A stretch of 64,000 bases of DNA, taken from NCBI RefSeq assembly GCF_000143985.1, contig NC_014364.1:4164582-4228581 (forward strand). Direction: 5' to 3'. The DNA comes from Sediminispirochaeta smaragdinae DSM 11293. GTDB lineage: Bacteria; Spirochaetota; Spirochaetia; DSM-16054; Sediminispirochaetaceae. The position numbers were made by a program, and so were the translations under genes. A model generated the notes under the pieces. It worked only from the letters and a program-made list of their open reading frames with translations, searched no databases and was not told where the DNA came from. This document shows positions 18,193-26,962 of this stretch, one piece after another; position 1 is the first letter of the stretch; each line of letters opens with the position of its first letter.

Positions 18193-19044
18193 ATGATGTA
18201 TGGAGTAACAGGGGCCACAGGAGAGCTTGGATCACTGGTAGTTTCACAGTTGATAAACCTCGGTGTTCAGCCTTCCTCTATCATTGGCCTTGCAAGAAAC
18301 AGATCAAAAGCGGCACATCTCGAAAAGCAAGGAATTACCGTACGTATCGGCGATTATGACGATCAAGCGTCACTAAGGAAGGCCTTCACCGGGGTGGACC
18401 GCCTTCTTTTGATATCAGGTTCCGAAGTGGGGAAACGAGCCGCACAGCATCAGAACGTTATTGAGGCTGCACAGGCTGCCGGTACCAAAACAATCGCCTA
18501 CACAAGCATCTCCAGAGCCGATACCTCAAACAATCCGCTAGCCCCCGAGCATAAAGCGACTGAGGAGCTATTAAGGCATTCCGGCCTTACATCCGTTATC
18601 CTCAGAAATAACTGGTATGCGGAAAATTATACCGGAGATATTCGGGCTGCCCGAGACTCCGGCACAATAGCTGCAGCCGCGGGAGACGGCAAAGTAGCAT
18701 CGGCTTCCAAAAGTGACTATGCCGAAGCAGCGGCAAAAGTACTTGTATCGGAAAGCTACGACGGCATGACCCTGGAACTCGCAGGCACCCCCTGGAACTA
18801 TGAGCAGCTTGCCTCAGCCGCAGGAAAGGCACTTGGAAAGGATATTCGGTATGAGCGGATCAGTATCGAAGAACGGAAACAACGATTGGTTGCAGCAGGA
18901 ATGCCCGAAGCCGGGGCCGCTTTCTATGCGCAACTCGACGAATCCATAGCTGCCGGAACCCTTGATATCTCAAGCAGCGATCTCGAAAAAGTATTGGAGC
19001 GCCCACCGCTTTCTCTTGAAGAGCAAGTGAAAAAGCTGCTTTAG
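18193..19044 (+). CDS. NAD(P)H-binding NmrA-like/SDR family oxidoreductase (quinone oxidoreductase 2-like)
   Basis: MMYGVTGATGELGSLVV Rossmann motif. RBS AAGGAGAAAAAG directly upstream. Typical partner of HxlR regulators. Confidence 0.8.
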   Translation: MMYGVTGATGELGSLVVSQLINLGVQPSSIIGLARNRSKAAHLEKQGITVRIGDYDDQASLRKAFTGVDRLLLISGSEVGKRAAQHQNVIEAAQAAGTKTIAYTSISRADTSNNPLAPEHKATEELLRHSGLTSVILRNNWYAENYTGDIRAARDSGTIAAAAGDGKVASASKSDYAEAAAKVLVSESYDGMTLELAGTPWNYEQLASAAGKALGKDIRYERISIEERKQRLVAAGMPEAGAAFYAQLDESIAAGTLDISSSDLEKVLERPPLSLEEQVKKLL

Positions 19045-19053
19045 CAGTCATAT

Positions 19054-19081
19054 CGTTGGGGAGGCCTATCCCTCCCTAACG
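19054..19081 (+). terminator. Hairpin terminator candidate after the NmrA-like gene
   Basis: 11-bp stem (cgttggggagg / cctccctaacg, one G-U pair) with a 6-nt loop, 10 nt after the stop. Weak T-rich tail. Confidence 0.35.
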
Positions 19082-19282
19082 ATTATCGGTTATTGCTTTC
19101 TCGCAGAGAACGGCCCCATTCAACGACCTGATGTTCCTGTCAACATATGTCAACATATTCCCAATCGCCTCCAAGGACCGTGCCGATAACGATCTACCAA
19201 GCCCCTTTATTTAAGATGCCATCATGGAAAAGTCCTCTGGAGCATCGTTCGGCACATCCCCGAAGCTACCCGTCGTGATAGA

Positions 19283-20095
19283 TCAACAAAACTGCAAAGC
19301 AATAGCCCGCTTTCCCAGAATATGATCGTCAAACACAAGGCGGGCCTTTCGACCGGACATCCCCAGACAGACATGTAAGGGAAGCAGATGTTCCTCTCTC
19401 GGATGGCAGTACCTGGCATGGGGAGCATCAGTCCAGGCAGTTAGTTTTTCTTCTCGCTCGGAGATGCTGTAATCACCGGTACAAACATCGACAAGCCATT
19501 CCTGAAACTCATCATTTGCAGGATCCTCTTGATTCGACGAATCCCAGGTAAAGGCCCTCATATTGTGAAACGAAAAGCCGGATCCGATAATAAGGATGTT
19601 TTCATCGGCCAACGATCGAAGGGCCCGACCCAAGGCAATATGCTGTTGCGGCTCCAATCCCCGGATAAGGGACAATTGCGTCATGGGAATATCAGCATCG
19701 GGATACATCATTTTCAAGGGAATGAATAGGCCGTGATCAAAACCACGTCTCTCATCTATTCTCGAAGCAATGTCGGCCTCCTGAAGAAAGCCTTGCATGG
19801 TTTGCGCCAAACGAGGCGCTCCTGGCGCAGGGTATTGCAGCTCGTATGCCTCCTTCGGAAAGCCATAGTAATCATAAAACAGCGACGGGGACTCGGCTCC
19901 GATGATGGTCGGAAGCGACTCCTCCCAGTGGGCACTCACAACGACAACAGCTTCCGGTTTCGGCAACTGCCGGGGAAGCTCCTTCATAAAAGCAATCATC
20001 GCCGCATGACTTGGGTCGCCTAAAATTGGGAGAGGACCGCCTCCATGAGAAAGATAGATGATATTTCCAGGCCTCTTTTCCGAACAATCTGCCAT
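19283..20095 (-). CDS. Class III extradiol dioxygenase, YgiD/LigB family (DOPA 4,5-dioxygenase-like)
   Basis: 270 aa; NIIYLSHGGGPLP and VVVSAHWEE motifs typical of YgiD. Confidence 0.75.
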   Translation of the reverse strand: MADCSEKRPGNIIYLSHGGGPLPILGDPSHAAMIAFMKELPRQLPKPEAVVVVSAHWEESLPTIIGAESPSLFYDYYGFPKEAYELQYPAPGAPRLAQTMQGFLQEADIASRIDERRGFDHGLFIPLKMMYPDADIPMTQLSLIRGLEPQQHIALGRALRSLADENILIIGSGFSFHNMRAFTWDSSNQEDPANDEFQEWLVDVCTGDYSISEREEKLTAWTDAPHARYCHPREEHLLPLHVCLGMSGRKARLVFDDHILGKRAIALQFC

Positions 20096-20145
20096 AAATT
20101 TCTCTCCTATAACGGCTATTATATGAGAAAAATTTGAAGATGCTA

Positions 20146-20988
20146 CTATGCTTCCGGGAAAAATGCGTCCCAGATGCCATCTTCAAGCCGACGGCCGCGC
20201 TCTCCCAGTCGCCTCGAGAGGGAGAGATAGATAGCCTGCACAATGGCATGCTGAGCGATCCGGGAGGCGACCGTTTCGGGGTTTTGCTCGTGGCAGACCG
20301 ACAGCAGGAGAACATCGGAGGCCTTGGCAAGTTCGGTCAAAGCATTACCCGTGATGGTCATCACAGGGACAGAGGAACGTTTTGCAACCTCTACGGCTCT
20401 CATGACCATATCGGAAGCCCCTGACTGGGATATCACGAAAAGAAGATCCTTTTCGCTCAGAAGTGCCGCATGCATGATCTGCAACATCACATCACTTGCC
20501 ACCGTGCAGTTGATGCCGAGACGAAACAACCTATTATAAAGTTCATGAGCTATGGGCCCTGAGGTTCCGGAACCGGTTATCAAGACTTTTCCGGCATTCT
20601 GGAGTAGATCCATACCTCGTTCAAAGCTATCCTCATCAAAAGCCATGGCGGTTTCATCCAGAGCCTCTTTACTTTTCCTGATAATCGCCCGAAAAGGGCT
20701 CTCTTCGATAGCCTCATCTCCGACGCTTTCGGGAAGCGATCTGATGAGAGCAATCTTCAACTCGAGCCATCCCCGGTAACCAATACTACGGCTAAAACGC
20801 ATGGCCGTCGCATCACTGACGCTGCTCTCCCTGGCAACCTCGGCAAGGGACATCTCCACCACACGAGAGGGATAGGAAAGAATGAATTTTCCTACCTTCT
20901 TTTCAGAAACGGAAAGCGTGGCATAGGCGGTTTTCAGCCGTGTAAAAAAATCTTTTTTTAAGGGGGAAGATGACACGTATTTCTCCAT
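20146..20988 (-). CDS. MurR/RpiR family transcriptional regulator (HTH_6 + SIS domain)
   Basis: N-terminal HTH (LSVSEKKVGKFILSYPSRVVEMSLAEVARESSVSDATAMRFSRSIGYRGW) and SIS domain (VLITGSGTSGPIAHELYNRLFRLG). Confidence 0.85.
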   Translation of the reverse strand: MEKYVSSSPLKKDFFTRLKTAYATLSVSEKKVGKFILSYPSRVVEMSLAEVARESSVSDATAMRFSRSIGYRGWLELKIALIRSLPESVGDEAIEESPFRAIIRKSKEALDETAMAFDEDSFERGMDLLQNAGKVLITGSGTSGPIAHELYNRLFRLGINCTVASDVMLQIMHAALLSEKDLLFVISQSGASDMVMRAVEVAKRSSVPVMTITGNALTELAKASDVLLLSVCHEQNPETVASRIAQHAIVQAIYLSLSRRLGERGRRLEDGIWDAFFPEA

Positions 20989-21035
20989 ATATACGGACCG
21001 ATACCATCTAACGGCACCGGTCCGATGATTACTAA

Positions 21036-21866
21036 TTACGATTCTTTTTTGGGATAGTTCTGCAGGAAGGAGGAAATAATCAACCCGGCGGTACCGATAC
21101 CTCCTATGAGAACAACACCGGCTGATCCCACATCACCTCCTGCACCGAAACCGCCATAGAGTAGCTCTTGCCCTACGCCAAAGGCTGCAAGAAAGCCGCC
21201 TATGAGCCCTACAAGGATGCTGATAACCATGATAACGGCACCGATCCTGGAAAGCTTTCCGGCAACGGGAATATCCTCTTCGTCCATGAGATCCGTCCAG
21301 AGGAGGTCCCACTTCACGATCCGGGGATAGAGGATCAAGAGGATGGGAATGCCAAGGACGATCGAAGGGATGCTGTTGTTCAGGGTAATGATACTTCCGA
21401 GGGCCGCAAACGGGACCATACCGAGGACATCAAGAAACCAGGCGATGGGAAGCGCACAGGCTGCAGCGCCAAGAATGGCAACGACCACATACGTAACAAC
21501 CTTTCTTCCGGATTTCAGATCCGGGGTATACTCGCCGGAGGGAGCAAGACCAAGATTAATCCACAGCTTATAGGGAACATAAGCAAACATGAAGTTCCCC
21601 ACAAAGCCGGAGATACTGCCGATTCCAAGAGAACCGAAAAAGTCTCCGATAAGGTTTCCGATGGCAGATCCCCAGGCACCGGCAGGACCGAAAAGCAGGC
21701 CAAGAACTACGGGAAGTGCGCTTCCAGGTCTGACCTCGGTTATACCGGGGATAAGTACAAAGCCCTTAAACGGAATCAGTAGGGCCGCATACAGGCCGGC
21801 ACTCAGTGCCACAAGAACAACCATTTTGGTGTTTTTCCACATGGCAAACACATCTCTCATAAGCAA
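21036..21866 (-). CDS. ECF transporter substrate-specific (S) component, unusually long (276 aa)
   Basis: ITEVRPGSALPVVLGLLFGPAGAWGSAIGNLIGDF resembles QueT/ECF S components. Extra C-terminal TM segments. Directly downstream of ecfT. Confidence 0.55.
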   Translation of the reverse strand: MLMRDVFAMWKNTKMVVLVALSAGLYAALLIPFKGFVLIPGITEVRPGSALPVVLGLLFGPAGAWGSAIGNLIGDFFGSLGIGSISGFVGNFMFAYVPYKLWINLGLAPSGEYTPDLKSGRKVVTYVVVAILGAAACALPIAWFLDVLGMVPFAALGSIITLNNSIPSIVLGIPILLILYPRIVKWDLLWTDLMDEEDIPVAGKLSRIGAVIMVISILVGLIGGFLAAFGVGQELLYGGFGAGGDVGSAGVVLIGGIGTAGLIISSFLQNYPKKES

Positions 21867-21913
21867 CTCCTTTTATTATGTATTAGGTACCTCCAAGGAG
21901 GCACATGATACAC

Positions 21914-22717
21914 CTACAGAGAATAATCGGCCCAAGGGAAGGTGGAAACCAGGGAATGAAACGCCGCAGCATCAAAACGAATATAGGCAACAACCGCCAC
22001 AACGACAATACCGATGCAAGAGGCGAGGAGATCCTTCCACGTCATTTTCAAATCAAGATAGTTGGTCCGTTTTTCGGAATAACCGAACCCCTTTGACTCA
22101 AGGGCCATGGAAAAAACGTTTGTTCCCCTGATCACCGAAACCAGGGTAGGAATCATCAAGGGAGCGTATTTTCGAATCTTTTCCAGGATATTTCCGGAGT
22201 CAAGATCTAATCCCCGGGACTTCTGCGCCTGAATGATTGTATAACTGGTCGCCACAATCATCGGGACCAGCCTGATGGCGGTCGAAAAGGCAAAGGCCCC
22301 GCGATACGGCAGGTGAATCTTTACCAAGCCCTCCGAGATTTCCTCAATTTTAGTCGTGCTGAGGAACACCATACCGGCAAGGATCATGAGGTTTGTGCGA
22401 ATGGCGGTCATACATCCGTAAAAGAGACCATTGAGAGAAAAGATGAGGAAACGCTCTCCTCCCCCTTTTCCGGCGATGGCCCAGATGACAAGGGAAAAGA
22501 GGCTTATCATCAGCAGGACCACCTTGATTCGCTTCAAATTGGAAAGAATTTTAGCTGCTGCTCCGTGGAGCAAAACGAGAAGGAGTGTCGCACTCAAGAT
22601 AATGATGTTTTTTGATATGACGCCGACGGTAAAGGTGAGGAACATCAAGAGCAATTTTGTTCTCGGATCAAGACGATGGATACCTGTCTTCAGATCCATA
22701 TATAAAAACATATCCAT
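21914..22717 (-). CDS. ecfT: Energy-coupling factor transporter transmembrane (T) component EcfT/CbiQ family
   Basis: 267 aa; RLDPRTKLLLMF start motif and C-terminal ALESKGFG, typical of CbiQ/EcfT. Confidence 0.85.
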   Translation of the reverse strand: MDMFLYMDLKTGIHRLDPRTKLLLMFLTFTVGVISKNIIILSATLLLVLLHGAAAKILSNLKRIKVVLLMISLFSLVIWAIAGKGGGERFLIFSLNGLFYGCMTAIRTNLMILAGMVFLSTTKIEEISEGLVKIHLPYRGAFAFSTAIRLVPMIVATSYTIIQAQKSRGLDLDSGNILEKIRKYAPLMIPTLVSVIRGTNVFSMALESKGFGYSEKRTNYLDLKMTWKDLLASCIGIVVVAVVAYIRFDAAAFHSLVSTFPWADYSL

Positions 22718-22718
22718 C

Positions 22719-24431
22719 TTACATCCCCCCTGTACACAGCTTCATTTCATTGATGGAGAGCAATGTCTTGCCCAACAGATTGGAGAGGGAAACGATGTGA
22801 GGTGTCTTGAGATATGATGCGGTAAGCTCTCCTTCCCTGGCAAAGACCTCCCTCGTCGGGCCATCCATCAAAAGCCTTCCATCCTTGATCACCGCCACCC
22901 TGTGAGCGTATTCGGCGACCACCCACATGGTGTGGGTAATCATGATTATGGTATGACCGGCCTCGTTAAGCTTTCTGATCAGTTCCATCATCCGGCGCTG
23001 CTCTTTGAAATCAAGTCCGGTCGTCGGCTCATCAAGGATGATGCTCTTCGGCCTGGCCGAAAGGACCGAGGCGACGGCAACCCGTTGACGCTCTCCCTTG
23101 CTTAAAGAAAAGGGATCGGCCTCTTCGTAGCCGGTCAACTCCACCGATTCCAAGGCCTCGCCCACCCGACGACGCACCTCCTCCTCTCCGCAGCCGCGGA
23201 TCTTTGGACTGAAAGCGACCTCGTCGTAGACCGTGTCCGAAAAAATCTGGTGATCGGGATTCTGAAATACATAACCGATCTCCTTACCGATCTCAAAGAT
23301 GGAGTGCTCTTTGGTGTTCTTTCCGTAAACGGCGACCTCTCCTTCGGAGGGAAGCAAAAGTCCGTTTAGATGTTTTACCAGGGTGGTCTTGCCGCTGCCG
23401 TTGTGGCCAAGCAAGGCAACGAACTCTCCCTCGCGAATCTCAAGGTCGACGTCACTGACAGCCTTGTTTCCGTTGGGATAGACATGAGAGAGCCCCTCGA
23501 CCCTGACCACGGGATCACCATAGGTATCCCGGCGCTCCTTCTCACCGGCCAAGAGGGCTTGATAGGCTCGATCTTCAATCCGCAGTCCCCGCTCGTTAAA
23601 AAAAGCCTTCCCTTCCTCAGGGGTGATGGGAAGCCGCTCCCCTTCGATATGGAGAAGTTCATGAAAAAACTTCGGGATCTGAAGGCTCATGATGCCGATA
23701 TCATCGGTAAAAGCCACATCGCGAAGTAGCTGATCCGGCTTTCCCTCTTTAAGGATCTTCCCATCCTTCATGAGGACAAGGCGGTCTGCATTCAGCGCCT
23801 CTTCGGTCTCGTGTTCTATGATGATAAGGGTAAAATCACTGCTTGCATGAAGCTCCCGTGCTATCTGGAAAATTCCCAGTTTACCCACGGGATCAAGATC
23901 AGTGGTCGGTTCGTCCATGCAGATGATGTCAGGAAAGGTGGCGAGGACCGAGCCGATCGCCAAGCGTTGTTTCTGTCCTCCTGAGAGGGTTGATGGTTGT
24001 CGCTCCTCAAAACCTTGAAGGTTAACGGTATGTAAGACCTTCTCGATTCTCTTTATGATCTCGGTCCGCTCAACCGCAAAGTTTTCCGGTCCGAAGGCTA
24101 TCTCGAGATTGACGTTTGTGGAAAAAAGCTGGGCCTCGAAATCCTGAAAAACCAATCCGACTGTACGTGCCATAGAGCTGACGCTATTTCCCTTTACCGG
24201 CTTTCCATTCACTAAGACCTGCCCTTTGTACGTTCCTTTCAGAAAACCGGGGATAAGACCGTTCAAACTATTTGCCAGGGTCGACTTACCGGCCCCGCTT
24301 GGTCCCATAACAACAACAAACTCTCCCCGTTCGATACTCAAATCGATGCCGTCCACAGCCTCAACCTCGGGATTCCCCCGGTAGCTGAAATGCAAGCCCT
24401 GAATATCGACAGCCTTTACCCCATCTTCCAT
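22719..24431 (-). CDS. Fused tandem ECF-type ABC ATPase (EcfA-EcfA' duplicated nucleotide-binding domains)
   Basis: Two complete NBDs: Walker A GPSGAGKST and GHNGSGKTT; signatures LSGGQKQRLAIGSVL and LSKGERQRVAVASVL. Start moved to the ATG at 24431 (MEDGVKAV), preceded by AAGGAGG. Confidence 0.9.
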   Translation of the reverse strand: MEDGVKAVDIQGLHFSYRGNPEVEAVDGIDLSIERGEFVVVMGPSGAGKSTLANSLNGLIPGFLKGTYKGQVLVNGKPVKGNSVSSMARTVGLVFQDFEAQLFSTNVNLEIAFGPENFAVERTEIIKRIEKVLHTVNLQGFEERQPSTLSGGQKQRLAIGSVLATFPDIICMDEPTTDLDPVGKLGIFQIARELHASSDFTLIIIEHETEEALNADRLVLMKDGKILKEGKPDQLLRDVAFTDDIGIMSLQIPKFFHELLHIEGERLPITPEEGKAFFNERGLRIEDRAYQALLAGEKERRDTYGDPVVRVEGLSHVYPNGNKAVSDVDLEIREGEFVALLGHNGSGKTTLVKHLNGLLLPSEGEVAVYGKNTKEHSIFEIGKEIGYVFQNPDHQIFSDTVYDEVAFSPKIRGCGEEEVRRRVGEALESVELTGYEEADPFSLSKGERQRVAVASVLSARPKSIILDEPTTGLDFKEQRRMMELIRKLNEAGHTIIMITHTMWVVAEYAHRVAVIKDGRLLMDGPTREVFAREGELTASYLKTPHIVSLSNLLGKTLLSINEMKLCTGGM

Positions 24432-24552
24432 GGGGACCTCCTTTATAACCTTTTCGATACCGGCACACCAATTTATTGCATACACCATGGCCGCATAGTG
24501 AAGCCCTTCTCCCCTGCCAGAATAGTCTCGGTTGTGCCGATGCTCGCTCCCG

Positions 24553-25614
24553 TCACAGAGCGCTCTCCCCTTCCCCGTACACACGCTTCAGTAGGTAGGG
24601 AGAGATAAGCCCCTTGGGAGTAATGATCCCGGCAATCAGGTGGGGAGGCACGATGTCAAAGGCGGGATAATAGGCCTTCATCGTATCGGTAGTAGTTGCA
24701 AGGCCCCGAAGGTGTTTTACTTCCTCGGGATCGCGTCGCTCAATGATGATGGAATCCCGTCCCACCTTTCTCATGTCCGGGTCTCCTGAGAAGGGAAAAT
24801 ACGGAATCCCATGGAATGCGGCGCTTATGGCATTTTGGTAGGTTCCGATTTTATTGGCGACCCAGCCGTCGCTCACGGCAATGTCCACGGCGGTCATGTA
24901 TTTCTGAATTTTGCCCTGGCTCATGAGGTAAGCGGGCATGTTATCGGTAATGAGGGTTACATCGGCCCCTATCTCTTCGAGGCAGGGAGCAGTCAATCGT
25001 GCACCCTGAAGATAGGGACGGGTTTCAGGGGTGTACACCTTTATACGTTTTCCCTGCTCCATGGCAAGAGCAATGGTAAGGATAAAAGAAGTCTCGGCGA
25101 AACACATGGTCAACACCCCATCGCCGTCGTCGATGAGGGAGGAACCGATATCCGCCATGGCAAAGGCCCGCTCCTCATAGCGGGACTCATAGGTTGCAAT
25201 AAACGCCCCGGCTCTTTCGCCGCAGCAGGCCCCCTTCCCAAGACTCTCCTGAATCGCCGATACCATCAGCTCAAGGACCCTGGCCATGGTCGTATTGGTC
25301 GGGCGTGTCTTTTCAAGACGCTCTTTTGCCTGGGCAAAACGTGCAGGGTCACGGGGCAAGCGCCCCTCATCCATCCGCTTTGCAAGCAGCAACATTGCCT
25401 GCATCGCCGCTCGAACCGGGCCGCCTCCTTGGGTAACCATCTTTTCGATGGCCCAAGCAACATCCTCCGTTTCCCGGCAGCGGAAAAAACTTTTTTCAAA
25501 GGGATAAAGGCTTCTGTTTCCAATGAGAACTTCATCCCCTTCGATCCGGGCGATGTTCTCCTTCTTGAGAATAAACGGCATATAATCGCTTAGATGTCGC
25601 ATAAACCTTCCCAT
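24553..25614 (-). CDS. eIF-2B alpha/beta/delta family sugar-phosphate isomerase (methylthioribose-1-phosphate isomerase MtnA-like)
   Basis: ETRPYLQGARLTAPCLEEIGADVTLITDN...ANKIGTYQNAISAAFHGIPYF...IIERRDPEEV...PAFDIVPPHLIAGIITPKGL is collinear with B. subtilis MtnA. The first M of the track ORF is TTG; the ATG at 25614 is taken as the start. Confidence 0.8.
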   Translation of the reverse strand: MGRFMRHLSDYMPFILKKENIARIEGDEVLIGNRSLYPFEKSFFRCRETEDVAWAIEKMVTQGGGPVRAAMQAMLLLAKRMDEGRLPRDPARFAQAKERLEKTRPTNTTMARVLELMVSAIQESLGKGACCGERAGAFIATYESRYEERAFAMADIGSSLIDDGDGVLTMCFAETSFILTIALAMEQGKRIKVYTPETRPYLQGARLTAPCLEEIGADVTLITDNMPAYLMSQGKIQKYMTAVDIAVSDGWVANKIGTYQNAISAAFHGIPYFPFSGDPDMRKVGRDSIIIERRDPEEVKHLRGLATTTDTMKAYYPAFDIVPPHLIAGIITPKGLISPYLLKRVYGEGESAL

Positions 25615-25621
25615 ATGTTGC

Positions 25622-25644
25622 AAAATGTTGTATCACAACATTTT
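25622..25644. promoter_or_regulatory. Palindrome AAAATGTTGT-ATC-ACAACATTTT (10-bp arms), candidate repressor operator in the 5'UTR of the mtnA-like/ECF operon
   Basis: Exact inverted repeat between the predicted -10 and the start codon. Confidence 0.45.
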
Positions 25645-25658
25645 TATTACAATTTTGT

Positions 25659-25686
25659 ATTGTACACTTCATACCGCAATTGTCAA
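25659..25686 (-). promoter_or_regulatory. Sigma-70-type promoter for the mtnA-like/ECF operon (TTGACA, 16 nt, TACAAT)
   Basis: Read on the minus strand: ccATTGACAattgcggtatgaagtgTACAATacaaaa, about 45 nt upstream of the ATG. Confidence 0.5.
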
Positions 25687-25723
25687 TGGAAATACATCGT
25701 TCGTGTTCACAGATGGCCGGTCC

Positions 25724-26962
25724 CTAAAAGCGAAGGGTAAACGTGGTATGAACAGAGCCGTACGTTCCGGTAAATATAGGCCCGAGCTCACCCCGCTCTC
25801 CTGAAGAAAGGAACTCACCATCCAGGGAAAGGCGTCCGGTCATCGCCAGGGTGCACCCCTGAAAAGGCTCATATTCAAAACCCATCGCTGGTGAACAAGA
25901 AAAATCGTCGGGAGTAAAGAGAAAGGAAAAATTGACACGTGTATAGTCATCAAGACTATAGATTCCCTGAGCGTAGAGGTAGTTCCTCCTGCTGTAGTCG
26001 GAAAGCTCCTCCGAGTTGAGTTCCGCCGCATCCAACTCACGTATAGATTGCGAGTGTCCTAGATATCCGGGACCATGAAAGAGGTACTGAACAACAGCGT
26101 AGAGATCACCGTCAAAAAGAGAGGCATCCACGCCCAGGGCAGCCTCAAGCCCGGTCCATCCCTCCGGATCAGCGGGATCAAAACCATAGAGGGCATCGAG
26201 AACGATTCCCACAGCCGTATCGAGCTTTAGAGACACGCCGCCCCGATGGAATCCCATCCAATACTCCTCATCCGGGGCCTGAAATGCGTAGAGCAGCTGA
26301 ACACTGACGTTAGACCAGTGGTTTTCCCCGGAGGCACCGAAAAGGAGCCCATCTCCAGCTGTTTCCAGGGGATCAACGCCGCCGGCGGAGAAGAACAGGA
26401 TCTTCGTAAGGTCAGATGGATAAAAAGCAAGGGTTCCGCCAAGGGAACCCCTTGGCCTTGCATCAGGCAAGAGAGGATTTGGAGGATTGAGAAAATCTGT
26501 CGGACGAAAGGCCTGACCGTAGCCAAAGGCAATCCGCATAAGCCCCAACTCGATATCGGTTACCTCTCCCCGAATCTGTGCGTAGAGCCGTTCTAACTCC
26601 AACTTTGCCACATAGTTTTCATCATCTGTCGAGCTCTCCGCCCGGTCGTTCGAATAGAGCAGCGTCTCGGCCCCGCTTCCCGTTGCTGCGATAAGGTTTA
26701 CCGCAGCTTGCACAACCGCCCGGTCGCCTAAAGAAGAGCGCATGCGCACATTGGCGTACTGCTCTGTGCCATAGCTGAAATCAGAGGCCTCCCCTGCTCC
26801 GGCTACCGTATCAAGGGTTGTAGTTAGAATACCGGAGAATACAGGTTCTGCAAAAATCGGCATAGCAACGACCATGAAAAGCGTGGCGATAATAAGACCA
26901 TGCCCCAACAGGCGGGCCCGACGGCAAGCCATGGCCCCTAAAGAACCTTGCCGCCGTTTCAT
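25724..26962 (-). CDS. Hypothetical secreted/outer-membrane protein (probable beta-barrel, C-terminal Phe)
   Basis: 412 aa, signal peptide, alternating beta-strand-like pattern, ends ...TFTLRF. Last gene of the FtsX/LolA-like operon. Confidence 0.4.
   Translation of the reverse strand: MKRRQGSLGAMACRRARLLGHGLIIATLFMVVAMPIFAEPVFSGILTTTLDTVAGAGEASDFSYGTEQYANVRMRSSLGDRAVVQAAVNLIAATGSGAETLLYSNDRAESSTDDENYVAKLELERLYAQIRGEVTDIELGLMRIAFGYGQAFRPTDFLNPPNPLLPDARPRGSLGGTLAFYPSDLTKILFFSAGGVDPLETAGDGLLFGASGENHWSNVSVQLLYAFQAPDEEYWMGFHRGGVSLKLDTAVGIVLDALYGFDPADPEGWTGLEAALGVDASLFDGDLYAVVQYLFHGPGYLGHSQSIRELDAAELNSEELSDYSRRNYLYAQGIYSLDDYTRVNFSFLFTPDDFSCSPAMGFEYEPFQGCTLAMTGRLSLDGEFLSSGERGELGPIFTGTYGSVHTTFTLRF

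Noticed and set aside
24431-24584. Apparent 32-nt overlap between the EcfA ATPase and the MtnA-like gene, with an N-terminal extension on the ATPase.
   Set aside because: The internal ATG at 24431 is preceded by AAGGAGG and gives a normal N-terminus (MEDGVKAVDIQGLHFSY) before the Walker A motif. The overlap is an artefact of the longest-ORF call.
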